NCBI GenBank assembly: GCA_016839445.1
Contig: JAEOUG010000021.1
Span: forward strand, 1-35,630
DNA length: 35,630 bases
Direction: 5' to 3'
From: Candidatus Thorarchaeota archaeon
GTDB taxonomy: Archaea > Asgardarchaeota > Thorarchaeia > Thorarchaeales > Thorarchaeaceae
Positions 8,504 to 18,454 of this stretch are shown here, piece by piece. A program made the translations under genes and the position numbers. The stretch's first letter is position 1. Every line of letters starts with the position of its first letter. The notes beneath the pieces are model-generated. The model saw nothing but the letters and a program-made list of their open reading frames with translations. It was not told the origin of the DNA and did not search any database.

Positions 8504-10063
8504 TCAGGCACCAGGTGCTGAATGTTCAACGAGACCCCCGACAACGGTCATTTCTATGTCTATGTCCTTGATTCTATCTGGAGCCACCCTGAGGATGTCT
8601 TCCGACAGAACCACGAAGTCTGCTCTCTTGCCCACAGTGAGACTACCTAGCGTGTGCTCCTGGAAGACTGAATACGCGCTCTCCATGGTGTAGCAACGGA
8701 GTGCCTCTTCGACAGTCAGACGGACTCTCTCGTTATGATGGGTTGTGGCCGACCATATGCCATAGAGTGGACCATAGGGCATGCCGTCCGATCCGAAACA
8801 GACCCGTGCCCCGTTGTCTAGGGCTACTCGGAACATGTTCATCCCTCTGACTCGCTCGTCGTCGAATCTTGTATCATAGAGGCCCCCTATCTGCTGCCAT
8901 CTTCCGACGAAGTTCGGCTGCATGGATAGGATTAGTCCAAGACTCACGGCTCTCCTGATCTGATACTCATTGATCATCTCAGCATGCTCTATCCGATGTC
9001 TCTGCTCTCTGACTCTGGCCTTATCGTCGATGTTCTCAAACGTGGAGAGAACCATCTCTATAGCTGCATCGCCGATGGCGTGAGTTACCAGCTGGATGTC
9101 ATGTTCGACCGCCTTCTTGACAATGGATGCATACTTCTTGGCATCTGTTAGGAATCTCCCTTTGTTGCCCCTCGCCCCCTTGTAGTCCTTGGTGACTGCC
9201 GCAGTCATTGCTCCAATCGAGCCATCGGTGTAGACTTTGACTCCCCCGATTCTCACCATGGGGCTTCCCATTCCTGACGTTACTCCCAGACTGATGAGAT
9301 GGTTCATCTGCTCGACTGGAATGTTGACCACCATTCGCGCCGTGAGCTCTCTCTCCATCTCGACTTCTCGGATGTGCTTCAGAGCCCCCTTCTTGGCATT
9401 GTCTACGACTGTAGTTATGCCGAGCTGATTGGCTATGTCATTTCCTGCCTTTATTCCCTCTCGGATTCTGTCTGGTCCGGGCCAGGTCTTGCTCCATATG
9501 TCGTCAATGTCTTTCAGGACTCCTGTGGGCTTGCCAGCCTTGTCGGTTTCAACACCTTCGGTCTTGGTCGAGAGACCCAGCTTCTTGAAGCCCGATGTGT
9601 TCACAGAGGCGAGGTGGCCATCAACGCGGGTCACCATGACAGGGGCCTCCTCGGTCACCTTGTCAAGATCCTTGGCTGTCAGGTATCGCTTCGTCGCCCA
9701 AGTGCTTTCATCATATCCAAAGCCCTGCACCCACTCTCCCTTCTCGTACATCGGCAGAGCCGCCTTGAGGATATCAATCACATCCTTGGCGGATTCTGCG
9801 TCACCAAGCTGTGGGTGCCTTAATCTGACTCCGTCACTAGTGATGTGTGTGTGAGCATCGATGAATCCAGGAACGACAGTCTTTCCTCCTAGGTCGATAA
9901 CCCTTCTTGCTGTGGGAACAAGATCCATGACTTCATCTTCGCCGCCAACTGTGAGAATCTTGTAGCTCTTCACAGCAAGTGCAGACGCCTGTGGATTCTG
10001 AGGGTCCATCGTGATAATGTTCCCGTTGAAGACTACCAAGTCTGCCTCTACCTTCATCTTCAC
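8504..10063 (-). CDS. Metal-dependent amidohydrolase, YtcJ-like (Amidohydro_3)
   Basis: DLGGKTVVPGFIDAHTH, K..TDGSIG, HAIGD.A, RHRIEHAE, FGSD, GKRADFVVL. An alternative ATG start at 10057 fits the GGAGTG SD. Confidence 0.92.
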   Translation of the reverse strand: MKMKVEADLVVFNGNIITMDPQNPQASALAVKSYKILTVGGEDEVMDLVPTARRVIDLGGKTVVPGFIDAHTHITSDGVRLRHPQLGDAESAKDVIDILKAALPMYEKGEWVQGFGYDESTWATKRYLTAKDLDKVTEEAPVMVTRVDGHLASVNTSGFKKLGLSTKTEGVETDKAGKPTGVLKDIDDIWSKTWPGPDRIREGIKAGNDIANQLGITTVVDNAKKGALKHIREVEMERELTARMVVNIPVEQMNHLISLGVTSGMGSPMVRIGGVKVYTDGSIGAMTAAVTKDYKGARGNKGRFLTDAKKYASIVKKAVEHDIQLVTHAIGDAAIEMVLSTFENIDDKARVREQRHRIEHAEMINEYQIRRAVSLGLILSMQPNFVGRWQQIGGLYDTRFDDERVRGMNMFRVALDNGARVCFGSDGMPYGPLYGIWSATTHHNERVRLTVEEALRCYTMESAYSVFQEHTLGSLTVGKRADFVVLSEDILRVAPDRIKDIDIEMTVVGGLVEHSAPGA

Positions 10064-10297
10064 ACACTCCGACGTTTTCCAATCACTATTCCCTAATCAT
10101 TCTTACCGTAGAACAATACCACGAATTGAGCTTTTCCTTGTTTTCCATCCAACATACGCTCATATATCAAGGATGCTCATAATCATCATCAATATATGAT
10201 ATTCATAGGCGCCGCCGGACTTCGATTTCAGCTTGACTGAAGCGCCACCCACAACGACCGAGCTCGGTGCGGAGTTCGACTGTGCCGTGGAGATGAT

Positions 10298-13200
10298 TTG
10301 ATGCGATCCATGAAACTGATGAACACAACATTCGCCCTGTTCATAGTCTCGTTGTTCGCCTTTTCCTGCTTCATATCAGGTAGCACAGCCGCCATTCCCG
10401 AATCCACTGCGGATACTGGTGCGGGGAACAATGCGCTCTCTGGTGTGAATCCCGTTGACAGAAGACTCCCCTCTGCTGAGGGCACCAATGTCAACTGGCA
10501 CTCGGAAACGGGATCCTACAACGATACTTGGACCTGGCAGCACAATAGCTGGCTGTACGGTCCCAGGTCGAGTTATGAGATCTTCTACCACAACGGCTCA
10601 CTAATGCAACGTGAGGACTTCATTCCAGTTGACGAGGAAGTCATTATCCGCGTCAACATCAACAAGGGTGTCCTGATGGGTGCCAGCATAAGCAGCGTCT
10701 ATGTGTCAGGTTCGCTCATGACACAAGACATGAATTTCTACGCTGGATTCTCCCTTGACTACTACAACGACACACTTGATCACTGGAATTCCTATTCTTA
10801 CAGTGAGAACTACACGAGCGGTTACTACAGTCCTCCGTATCTCTCAGTTGACGCTGGAGCGTGTCAAGTTGACGAAGATGACGCGATGTACTACGTGATC
10901 TTCAGTGCGACGTTCAACTCAACAACTCCAGTGGGTCTCTACAGCATGCATGTGAATGCCTATGACACCAACTTCGGATCCTATGACATTCGCTCCAGGT
11001 GGGCGGTCAGTGACATGGACTATGTTGACTTGGCCATTGGCCTACCTTTCAGAACCGCCTTCTCATCCACTCATAGTGGCGGGTACACTATCGAGAAGTT
11101 CGACCTCTCTGGTGACCCAATCTACAGCGTGAGCCGAGGCACAGACTTCATGATGCGCCTCAACATCAGTGCATTTTCTTCACTAGACTATGTGATTCTT
11201 GATGTGTACTCCTATGGAGTTCAGATTCCCGTCAACATGACCGGTGACCACGACATCACGGTCGTCAAGTACGGGGGATGGGTCTACGACTCAGATCTGG
11301 ACACTTACATCTACAACAGCTCAGCGCAATACACTGTTGTAGAGCGGGACTATGGGGACTACGTGGGAACCATGGACTTCCACGGATACCCGTACGTCGA
11401 TTACGAGTACAGATGGGCACGCTACAACTGGACCACCGATACCTATGAGGTTGTTCGCCAGCTTGATTCGCGTGAGATGAAGCTCGTACACATCTACAAC
11501 TTCACGAGTGCGTCATTCCAGACCGTCTATGGTTTCGCCTACACCGAGTATCCATCTGATGTGTATGTTGAGTCCCTGGCTCCTCAAACGATGTTCTATA
11601 CAGAGTCATTGGACAATGCCCCTGTCATCTTCACCGAGCTGAACGAGAGTCTCAGTTCGGTCTACAACTACGATGGTACCACAGTTGTGGAGTTCGGACT
11701 TCACTTCACGCAGCAGGCGCCGAAGGGGGCCCTGATGCATATCTGGGAGGAGGTCTACGATATCCATGGAGAACCGTACTGCGTAAGTGCTAGTGATATG
11801 CCTGAGGACCATGCTCCCATGACTTGGGATGAATACTATGACGCAACAGAGGTTGCCGTGGAGACCCCGGCGACCATCGCGAAGCTCATTCGCGTTGACG
11901 GCACTCCTGTGCACTCTTACTTCTTCCCTGCGAAACTGGGCGAACCCTTCATTGTGAGTGGTCGCCTTCAGGGAGGTTCTGATGTTGCCGATGACATCGA
12001 TGGTGCCTACCTCGAGTTGACCGCATATGATAGCTTCTGGTCAGAAGACGAATGGGGCTACTCAAATGTGATCTACGAGATACTGGTCCGGTCCGATTCA
12101 TCGGTCGTGCTGAATGCGTACAACTACAGCATGAAGGAGAATTACACCTACAGCACCTATTGGGACTACCTTGACACAGTAGTGACTGACTGGCACTGGG
12201 AGTACAATGAGGCTCTGGGAACTGACGAATGGGTCTACGGCGACCACATCGTCACCGAGTACATGGAGACTGAAGGCTGGCACTGGGAATGGTACTACTT
12301 CAACCAGAAGACTGGTGAATGGGTGCCTGAGCGTGACTGGTACAACTACGACTACAGATCAGAGCTGACCCGCGTCAGCCCGGGCTTCGCTTTGGTGACT
12401 GACGTGCAGCAGTATACCAGTGGTGGTGACCTCTACATGTCCTTTCAAGTTAATTTCACTGACGAGGTGCCCGAAACCTATCTGTATTGGCAATTCGACT
12501 TCGCTAACTACACCTGGGTCCGCGACTACAACTCGTACTATGGCTACCATGAGTCTGGGAAGTGGGTCGAGGACTGGGTATATAGCTTCGAGTACATGAG
12601 CAACGACCTCTGGGTGGGCATTTCATCTCAGATTGCGGTTGCGAACAACTCCATACCAGGTGCTGCTGATTGGATGGCTGTTCAGGAGGCTCCGTACATC
12701 ACGATTGGCGGTGTCAATTACCCGATTGTAGTCCGCGAGCTGATTGACTCCAGCTATGATGATCAGAGGATTCTCTTCTACGACAGTGCTGGAGACTACT
12801 ACGAACTCCTCAATGGAACCAAGATATACATCGAAGAGGAGAGAAACGCCTGGATCTACAACATCACAGTCGCAGGATACGGCTCGTTCCTCTCTGCTCA
12901 GGACTCGCCAGACCACTGGGACGATGGCACGGACTACTACTACAGCTGGTGGGACATCTATGGCAATGTGCATCAGGGCACTGATTGGATGATCTGGGAC
13001 AATCCCTATGTTACGGTGGAGTTTGTCAATGCATCGCCAGGCATCGCATCAAGTTACTATGTGCGAGTCGGCACTAGCGGCATGCTCGATGTCCAAGGAT
13101 GGGAGCGCAACGATCCGCGTACCGGAACCGAGTACATCCTCGACTTGGACGGGAATCGATATGACATCTACAGGATAGACTACAGCAGATACATTCTGTA

Positions 13201-16156
13201 CGAGTCAAGCCTTCAGCGCATCTCCTACGTTCGCCAGAGCTACGAGACCAGTTACATGAGTGCGCCCGCCTTCATCTTTGAAGGTTGGGCCATGCAGTAT
13301 CAGCAGTTCACTGTGGATGGTCACTTCGAGATGCCCTATCCCGGCGCTCTTGCTGACCGATGGGAGGCTAGTCAGACCACTGACCATTACGGCGCTGTCA
13401 GAACATCGAAGACAATCATGATAGACAGCACCCGCTACGAGATTGGTGGTGATCCCCTGACGGAGAACTGGTATGTAGGAGATTACTTCAACCACACCGG
13501 ATTCTGGGTGATTGTTGAATCTCAGAACTATACTCTAGGCGGTCAAAGACTCCTTGCAGCCAGCGTGAATGGAAGCATCATTTGGCAGCCGCTTGAAGTC
13601 GGAGCGCTTGCATCGTACGGCTCTCTCGATGGACTTGACTTCGTTGTCGAAGGTGAAGTCCAAGTAGACGACACTTACTTCATTCAGAGCAGATACCACC
13701 CTGTCTACGGCTATGAGACGAACTGGACAGTAACACTGCAGAATGGAACAGCCTTCTCCTGTGAACCGCGCAGAGTGTTTCAGGTCTACCTTCTTGATGT
13801 CATGGGTTCTCTTGTCTATTCCAAGGATTACATGTGGCAGTCTGAGATGCTCGGCAACGACAGTTACTACTACATCGAAGACTTGTACGGCGTTAGGCAC
13901 TACTTCGATGAAGGTATGTATCCTCCCACAGTGGATGTAGTAGTGACAGTGGGCTGGGAGGAGCGTGATGCTCTCGGTCTAGCGACGCTCCATTACTTCG
14001 TCAACGGCACAGAATACGTCGAGGCCATCGAAGGACTCTATGGTGACCTTATGATCTTCACCAATGGAACCCTCTCTGGCAAGTACTTCCACAGAACCGG
14101 CTGGGGTGATCCCGCCAATGATGCCCAATGGATCTACGAGATTCCGTTTGATGGGTCCTTCTACAATGTGACTGCAACTCGCGAATACATCTACAAGTTC
14201 GGCTACGTAGAGGGTCTTGACTGGGTCTATGAGCTTGCTCCGATTGAGTCGGTGACCTTCAGGAACTTCTATGAGATTATTGTAGGCAACCCCCGTGACT
14301 CCATGTGGGGACTTAGAGCCTGGGATGTTGCTCCCGAGAACAACGCCCTGGACCTAGATGGGGACTTGGAGACCACAGACGACCAGTACTATGTGCTGGA
14401 GTCGTATCAGTCGACTGACTCATGGCGCTCGGAATGGAGTCGCATGTGGGTAGATCTGATGTGGGACCCGAATGGAACCATCTTCGGGGACGAGATGAAC
14501 ATCCATTCTTGGATGGGCTTCGAGACCTACACTTGGGCCTATACCTGGCAGATGACCTTCTACTGGTACAATGCCCAGGACATGACGCCGGTGAGTGACG
14601 CTGAATTCGACACTATCACCGACATCGTGTTCGACGAGCACGGAGATCCCAATCCGGGCTACTGGGATGTCGCCTTCATGGCTGAGAACGTCACGTGGGC
14701 AGACATTCTTGCAGAGGCTGAGGAAGAAGGTTGGGACTGGATTAGTGGTGAGGAGCAGACATGGTCTTGGCTGAGCTTCGGAGTTGGCCAGCACTATGGC
14801 ATCTACTCCGAATCGAACTGGACCGACGTCTCTCTACGGTACGAATTCTCAGGTCTCATGATCTGGGATGACGCAAACAACAACTCCATCATGGAAACCT
14901 ACATGCTGACTCCTGGAGATGGTGAACTAACTCACTACTTCATCCCTGACTCTGTTGGAGCCATCGACTTCGTTACTCCTGGAATGTCGTTCGGCAACTT
15001 CGATGCCAACGGAACCATTCTTGCTGGAGTCGAGGATGAGATTGCGTGGGGTGTCACATTTACCGATGTAAATGGCACAACGTTCCCATTCAACGCCTAC
15101 GCGTACTGGGATTGGTACGGCGGAGTTGTCACCGGTTCTGACTTCAGAACCTTCGATGAGCGTCCGACTCGAGTATCAATAAGTGAGCTCGAGTTTCTGG
15201 TACACTTCCAAGGTCATCTGAATACTACTGAGGGTGCCTCCACGAACTACGCCGAGCTCAAGGTGGACAACACCGTTGGCCGGTGGAGTGTTGGCATGCT
15301 TGGGGGAATGGACAACCTTGAGGGCAGGTCACTAGCTCTGAACTACTTCGCTGACGTGAGCGTTTCATCGTTCTCCGTCAGGTCAGATAGCGAGGAAGTG
15401 ACAGGTGAGAACACCATCGTGTCTCCCACCTTCGAGATGGTCTCAGGGAGTCAGAGATTCGCGGAGATGATCATTGGAGGTGTGACATACGAATGGAACA
15501 AGGACCCCTACAACGTCTACAATGTGACAAGCCAGACGACACCCTTGAGCACCTTCAGATCTGCTTATGAGTCGGACACTGGCCAGTCGGCAACGTCCTG
15601 GACTTTTGCGTCGACCCAGTACTACGTCTCTATCGGATTCCCCTCTTGGGACGGTTACCGAGTCTATCAGGACCCAATCTTCGTGGGTTATGTCAGCAAC
15701 ACTGGATACAGCGGTGGCGAAGAGGAAGTGAAATTCCTGAGCTTCAGCATCTCGCCAGAGGTGCCTTCTTCCACTGATGCTGTGCAGGTTGGCGTGGACA
15801 TCGATACCGACCTGATAGTCACTGGCGTGGATCTCGATTACAGCACCGATGGAGTTGTATTCCACGGAACCTCGATCATGTCGGAGACAAGTCCTTCTCA
15901 CTATGTGGGCGAGATACCTCCTTACGTTGAGGGGACTCAGGTATGGTACAGAGTCGTTGTCCATACGGATTCTGGCATCTTTGAGTCCGCCGTGCAGTCC
16001 TACGTTGTGGGTTCTGGAGTGGTGACTACATCATCAACTACAGGATGGACCGGCCCCACAGGCGACGGTGAACTCCCAATGGAGCTCATCATGCTGGTTG
16101 GCGGCTTTGGCGTGGTTGTGATGCTGGTGGCTGTTCTGGCCAAGCGTCGTAAGTAG
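10298..16156 (+). CDS. Giant (1952 aa) secreted, C-terminally anchored surface protein of unknown function
   Basis: Uninterrupted 5.9-kb ORF with signal peptide, acidic Y/W-rich composition, many N-x-S/T sequons, DLDGD and DDANNN Ca-loop-like motifs, Ig-like C-terminal domain, Thr linker, TM + KRRK. Confidence 0.85.
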   Translation: MMRSMKLMNTTFALFIVSLFAFSCFISGSTAAIPESTADTGAGNNALSGVNPVDRRLPSAEGTNVNWHSETGSYNDTWTWQHNSWLYGPRSSYEIFYHNGSLMQREDFIPVDEEVIIRVNINKGVLMGASISSVYVSGSLMTQDMNFYAGFSLDYYNDTLDHWNSYSYSENYTSGYYSPPYLSVDAGACQVDEDDAMYYVIFSATFNSTTPVGLYSMHVNAYDTNFGSYDIRSRWAVSDMDYVDLAIGLPFRTAFSSTHSGGYTIEKFDLSGDPIYSVSRGTDFMMRLNISAFSSLDYVILDVYSYGVQIPVNMTGDHDITVVKYGGWVYDSDLDTYIYNSSAQYTVVERDYGDYVGTMDFHGYPYVDYEYRWARYNWTTDTYEVVRQLDSREMKLVHIYNFTSASFQTVYGFAYTEYPSDVYVESLAPQTMFYTESLDNAPVIFTELNESLSSVYNYDGTTVVEFGLHFTQQAPKGALMHIWEEVYDIHGEPYCVSASDMPEDHAPMTWDEYYDATEVAVETPATIAKLIRVDGTPVHSYFFPAKLGEPFIVSGRLQGGSDVADDIDGAYLELTAYDSFWSEDEWGYSNVIYEILVRSDSSVVLNAYNYSMKENYTYSTYWDYLDTVVTDWHWEYNEALGTDEWVYGDHIVTEYMETEGWHWEWYYFNQKTGEWVPERDWYNYDYRSELTRVSPGFALVTDVQQYTSGGDLYMSFQVNFTDEVPETYLYWQFDFANYTWVRDYNSYYGYHESGKWVEDWVYSFEYMSNDLWVGISSQIAVANNSIPGAADWMAVQEAPYITIGGVNYPIVVRELIDSSYDDQRILFYDSAGDYYELLNGTKIYIEEERNAWIYNITVAGYGSFLSAQDSPDHWDDGTDYYYSWWDIYGNVHQGTDWMIWDNPYVTVEFVNASPGIASSYYVRVGTSGMLDVQGWERNDPRTGTEYILDLDGNRYDIYRIDYSRYILYESSLQRISYVRQSYETSYMSAPAFIFEGWAMQYQQFTVDGHFEMPYPGALADRWEASQTTDHYGAVRTSKTIMIDSTRYEIGGDPLTENWYVGDYFNHTGFWVIVESQNYTLGGQRLLAASVNGSIIWQPLEVGALASYGSLDGLDFVVEGEVQVDDTYFIQSRYHPVYGYETNWTVTLQNGTAFSCEPRRVFQVYLLDVMGSLVYSKDYMWQSEMLGNDSYYYIEDLYGVRHYFDEGMYPPTVDVVVTVGWEERDALGLATLHYFVNGTEYVEAIEGLYGDLMIFTNGTLSGKYFHRTGWGDPANDAQWIYEIPFDGSFYNVTATREYIYKFGYVEGLDWVYELAPIESVTFRNFYEIIVGNPRDSMWGLRAWDVAPENNALDLDGDLETTDDQYYVLESYQSTDSWRSEWSRMWVDLMWDPNGTIFGDEMNIHSWMGFETYTWAYTWQMTFYWYNAQDMTPVSDAEFDTITDIVFDEHGDPNPGYWDVAFMAENVTWADILAEAEEEGWDWISGEEQTWSWLSFGVGQHYGIYSESNWTDVSLRYEFSGLMIWDDANNNSIMETYMLTPGDGELTHYFIPDSVGAIDFVTPGMSFGNFDANGTILAGVEDEIAWGVTFTDVNGTTFPFNAYAYWDWYGGVVTGSDFRTFDERPTRVSISELEFLVHFQGHLNTTEGASTNYAELKVDNTVGRWSVGMLGGMDNLEGRSLALNYFADVSVSSFSVRSDSEEVTGENTIVSPTFEMVSGSQRFAEMIIGGVTYEWNKDPYNVYNVTSQTTPLSTFRSAYESDTGQSATSWTFASTQYYVSIGFPSWDGYRVYQDPIFVGYVSNTGYSGGEEEVKFLSFSISPEVPSSTDAVQVGVDIDTDLIVTGVDLDYSTDGVVFHGTSIMSETSPSHYVGEIPPYVEGTQVWYRVVVHTDSGIFESAVQSYVVGSGVVTTSSTTGWTGPTGDGELPMELIMLVGGFGVVVMLVAVLAKRRK

Positions 16157-16163
16157 CACTATG

Positions 16164-16199
16164 AAGAGGGGCCGGGCCCCTCTTTCCTCTCTTTTCTTC
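16164..16199 (+). terminator. Hairpin + pyrimidine-tract terminator
   Basis: aagaggggc/gcccctctt 9-bp stem with 3-nt loop, starting 8 nt after the stop, followed by tcctctcttttcttc. Confidence 0.7.
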
Positions 16200-16315
16200 C
16201 TCCGTTTCATCTTGGACTGAGCTTCCCATAGAGTTGGTGCTGAGCTACTCCTGAGAAGAGTTTATTTTTCCTCAGAATCGACACCCTACAAAGAGCTTCA
16301 ATGAGTGAGTAGTCT

Positions 16316-16750
16316 ATGGAAAAAGGGAAGCTGTGTACCGTCATCTTCTTCGCGTTTTGGTGTGGGATGGCCTTCTGGATGGGGATTTGGATACTGCAGG
16401 TGTTTCCGTTCGGAACGACCTCTGCCCCTCTGATAGTTCAGTTGATGCCTGTCTTGGGTCCTTTCATTATGGGATTCATAGGTCTGTTCGTCTGCGTGGC
16501 TATTATTAGGTCCAAGCCTGTGGAGAGTCGGCCGGAGTCGGTGTACCCCTCAGAGCGCATGGTATACACAGGGGACTATGTCTCAGAGTTCGAAATACCC
16601 GAGGAGCGTCCCATGGAGAAGCAAGCCTACAGGGTTCCGCCAGAGTGCCCGTCATGTGGGGCCACCATCACCAATGACAATGTAGATTGGGTCGGCCCTC
16701 TCCGGGCTCGCTGTCCTTACTGCAGTGCGGAGTTTGAAGCAGGACATTAG
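16316..16750 (+). CDS. Two-TM membrane protein with C-terminal zinc ribbon
   Basis: Two hydrophobic helices, then CPSCG...CPYC. Confidence 0.75.
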   Translation: MEKGKLCTVIFFAFWCGMAFWMGIWILQVFPFGTTSAPLIVQLMPVLGPFIMGFIGLFVCVAIIRSKPVESRPESVYPSERMVYTGDYVSEFEIPEERPMEKQAYRVPPECPSCGATITNDNVDWVGPLRARCPYCSAEFEAGH

Positions 16751-16760
16751 ATGTCGTCGC

Positions 16761-17414
16761 CTAGGTCTTTAGCTTCTTGACCTTCTCCCAGTCTTCCAAG
16801 AACCGTTTGATACCAGCATCAGTTAGTGGATGGTTCACCATCTTCTCTAGGACACTGGGCGGAATCGTCGCTATGTCTGCGCCGATGAGTGCTGCCTCAT
16901 AGACATGTATGGGATGCCTGATGCTTGCGACGAGGACCTCCGTATCGAATCCGTAGTTGGCATAGATCTGTACGATTGCCTCGATGATCTCCATTCCTAT
17001 CTGTCCGACGTCGTCAAGTCTTCCGATGAAGGGTGAAACGAAGGTTGCCCCCGCCTTTGCCGCAAGGATTGCCTGATTGGGGCTGAAGACGAGTGTCACG
17101 TTTGTCTTGATGCCCTCGTCAGAAAGCTGCTTCACGGCCTTCATTCCGTCCCAGGTCATCGGGATCTTGATGGCTGCGTTGTCAATCCAGCTGTTCAGAT
17201 CTCTGGCTTCTTTGATCATTCCCTCTGCGTCTTCACTAATCACCTCAAGACTAATGGGCCCCTCTACGAAGGAAGCAATCTCATCCACAATCTTCCGGAA
17301 GTCCCGTCCTTCCTTTGCTACCAGCGATGGGTTTGTGGTGACACCGTCGACCATTCCTCTCTCATGTGCCTTTCTTATTGCGTCCACGTTTGCCGTATCA
17401 ATGAAGAACTTCAT
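16761..17414 (-). CDS. tal: Transaldolase (short TalC/FSA family)
   Basis: [15 protein letters not shown], Schiff-base Lys in [20 protein letters not shown]. Glu in SLEV and Phe in SPF are the transaldolase-type residues (FSA has Gln/Tyr). Confidence 0.9.
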   Translation of the reverse strand: MKFFIDTANVDAIRKAHERGMVDGVTTNPSLVAKEGRDFRKIVDEIASFVEGPISLEVISEDAEGMIKEARDLNSWIDNAAIKIPMTWDGMKAVKQLSDEGIKTNVTLVFSPNQAILAAKAGATFVSPFIGRLDDVGQIGMEIIEAIVQIYANYGFDTEVLVASIRHPIHVYEAALIGADIATIPPSVLEKMVNHPLTDAGIKRFLEDWEKVKKLKT

Positions 17415-17626
17415 GTCTATCTTCTCTCCACAGAATTGCCAGACTATGACTGGGCATGATGAGATTCAGGATTTAAACGGTGGGGTCAGGATAGCGAGGG
17501 CAGGTACAACGGGTGTAGCTGCGAGTATTCTCCCTCACTCATTCGACCATTTCCGAACATATGCACGGCAATCTCAACACGTTTTTAGGGGGGGCAAACA
17601 TGTGGGAGAGGAAGGAGGAACCGCAA

Positions 17627-18436
17627 GTGGTAATCAATCTACTACCCGGGCTGGAATTGGTCTGGGACATCGTGGCGTTCATTATCTCATTCGTTGTGGT
17701 ATTGATGCTAGTCCAGATTAACGCAGCAATAGAGAAGAGCGGGAAGCTCTCGACGGTTGTAACACGGAAGGTCATCCATACATTTGCTGCCCCCTTGTGG
17801 GTGGTGACATGGATTCTCTTCTCTGGTGGTATATTCAGCAGGTGGCTCGCGATTATCGTGCCGCTGATTTTCGTACTTCAGTTTGCCGCGATAGGCACTG
17901 GCAAGGTCAAGAACGAGGACTTCGTACGCTCCATGTCAAGAAGCGGGGATCCCAGAGAACTGCTCGGAGGCACTCTATACTACGCCTTCCTTATGGTAGT
18001 AGTTGGCATTCTGTGGTTCTATGTGCCTGCAGGTGGTAGTCTTGCTGGTGCGACCGCTCTGCCGCTTGTCGTGTTCGGGTGTTTGGCAGGTGGGGACGGC
18101 CTTGCAGATGTGATTGGCCGGAAGTTTGGTGGTGAGCGGAAGTTCGGCATTGGGGGAGCTGAGAAGACTGTTGCCGGGACCATAGGGATGTTCATCGGTT
18201 CATTCCTCTTCAGCATCATCCTAGTATTCATCTTCTCGCTGGAGCCTGGCTCAATCTTCTCTGTCGTCGACCTGATTCTGCCCATCCTGGTGGTCAGTTT
18301 TGTGGCTACGATTGTTGAGGCTTTGACTCCGAAAGGACTAGACAACCTCACCATCACCATTGCAGCCATTGTAATGGTGATTCTGTTGCCTTATCTCGGG
18401 CTGTACTGGCCATTCCCGATGTTCAGTCTGTTCTAG
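17627..18436 (+). CDS. CTP-dependent isoprenoid alcohol kinase (VTE5 phytol/farnesol kinase, SEC59/DGK1 family), polytopic membrane protein
   Basis: RKVIH, SMSRSGDPRELLGGTLYY (resembles plant VTE5/FOLK), GDGLADVIGRKFG, KTVAGTIGMF, DNLTI. GTG 17627 follows GGAGG (17614-17618); the ORF track starts at 17561. Confidence 0.85.
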   Translation: MVINLLPGLELVWDIVAFIISFVVVLMLVQINAAIEKSGKLSTVVTRKVIHTFAAPLWVVTWILFSGGIFSRWLAIIVPLIFVLQFAAIGTGKVKNEDFVRSMSRSGDPRELLGGTLYYAFLMVVVGILWFYVPAGGSLAGATALPLVVFGCLAGGDGLADVIGRKFGGERKFGIGGAEKTVAGTIGMFIGSFLFSIILVFIFSLEPGSIFSVVDLILPILVVSFVATIVEALTPKGLDNLTITIAAIVMVILLPYLGLYWPFPMFSLF

Positions 18437-18454
18437 AATCAGTGGTGTACAGCA

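Noticed and set aside
10376-15964. Series of minus-strand ORFs inside the giant gene
   Set aside because: Antisense shadows of the C-ending codon bias, with no independent coding signal.
16761-17414. Calling this gene fructose-6-phosphate aldolase (fsa)
   Set aside because: Glu in SLEV and Phe in SPFIGR indicate transaldolase.
17496-17536. Imperfect hairpin gcaggtaca/tgtagctgc between tal and the kinase
   Set aside because: Short and mismatched; plausible by chance at this GC content.
17077-17721. 214-aa plus-strand ORF
   Set aside because: Mostly antisense to transaldolase with shadow-ORF composition and no motifs.
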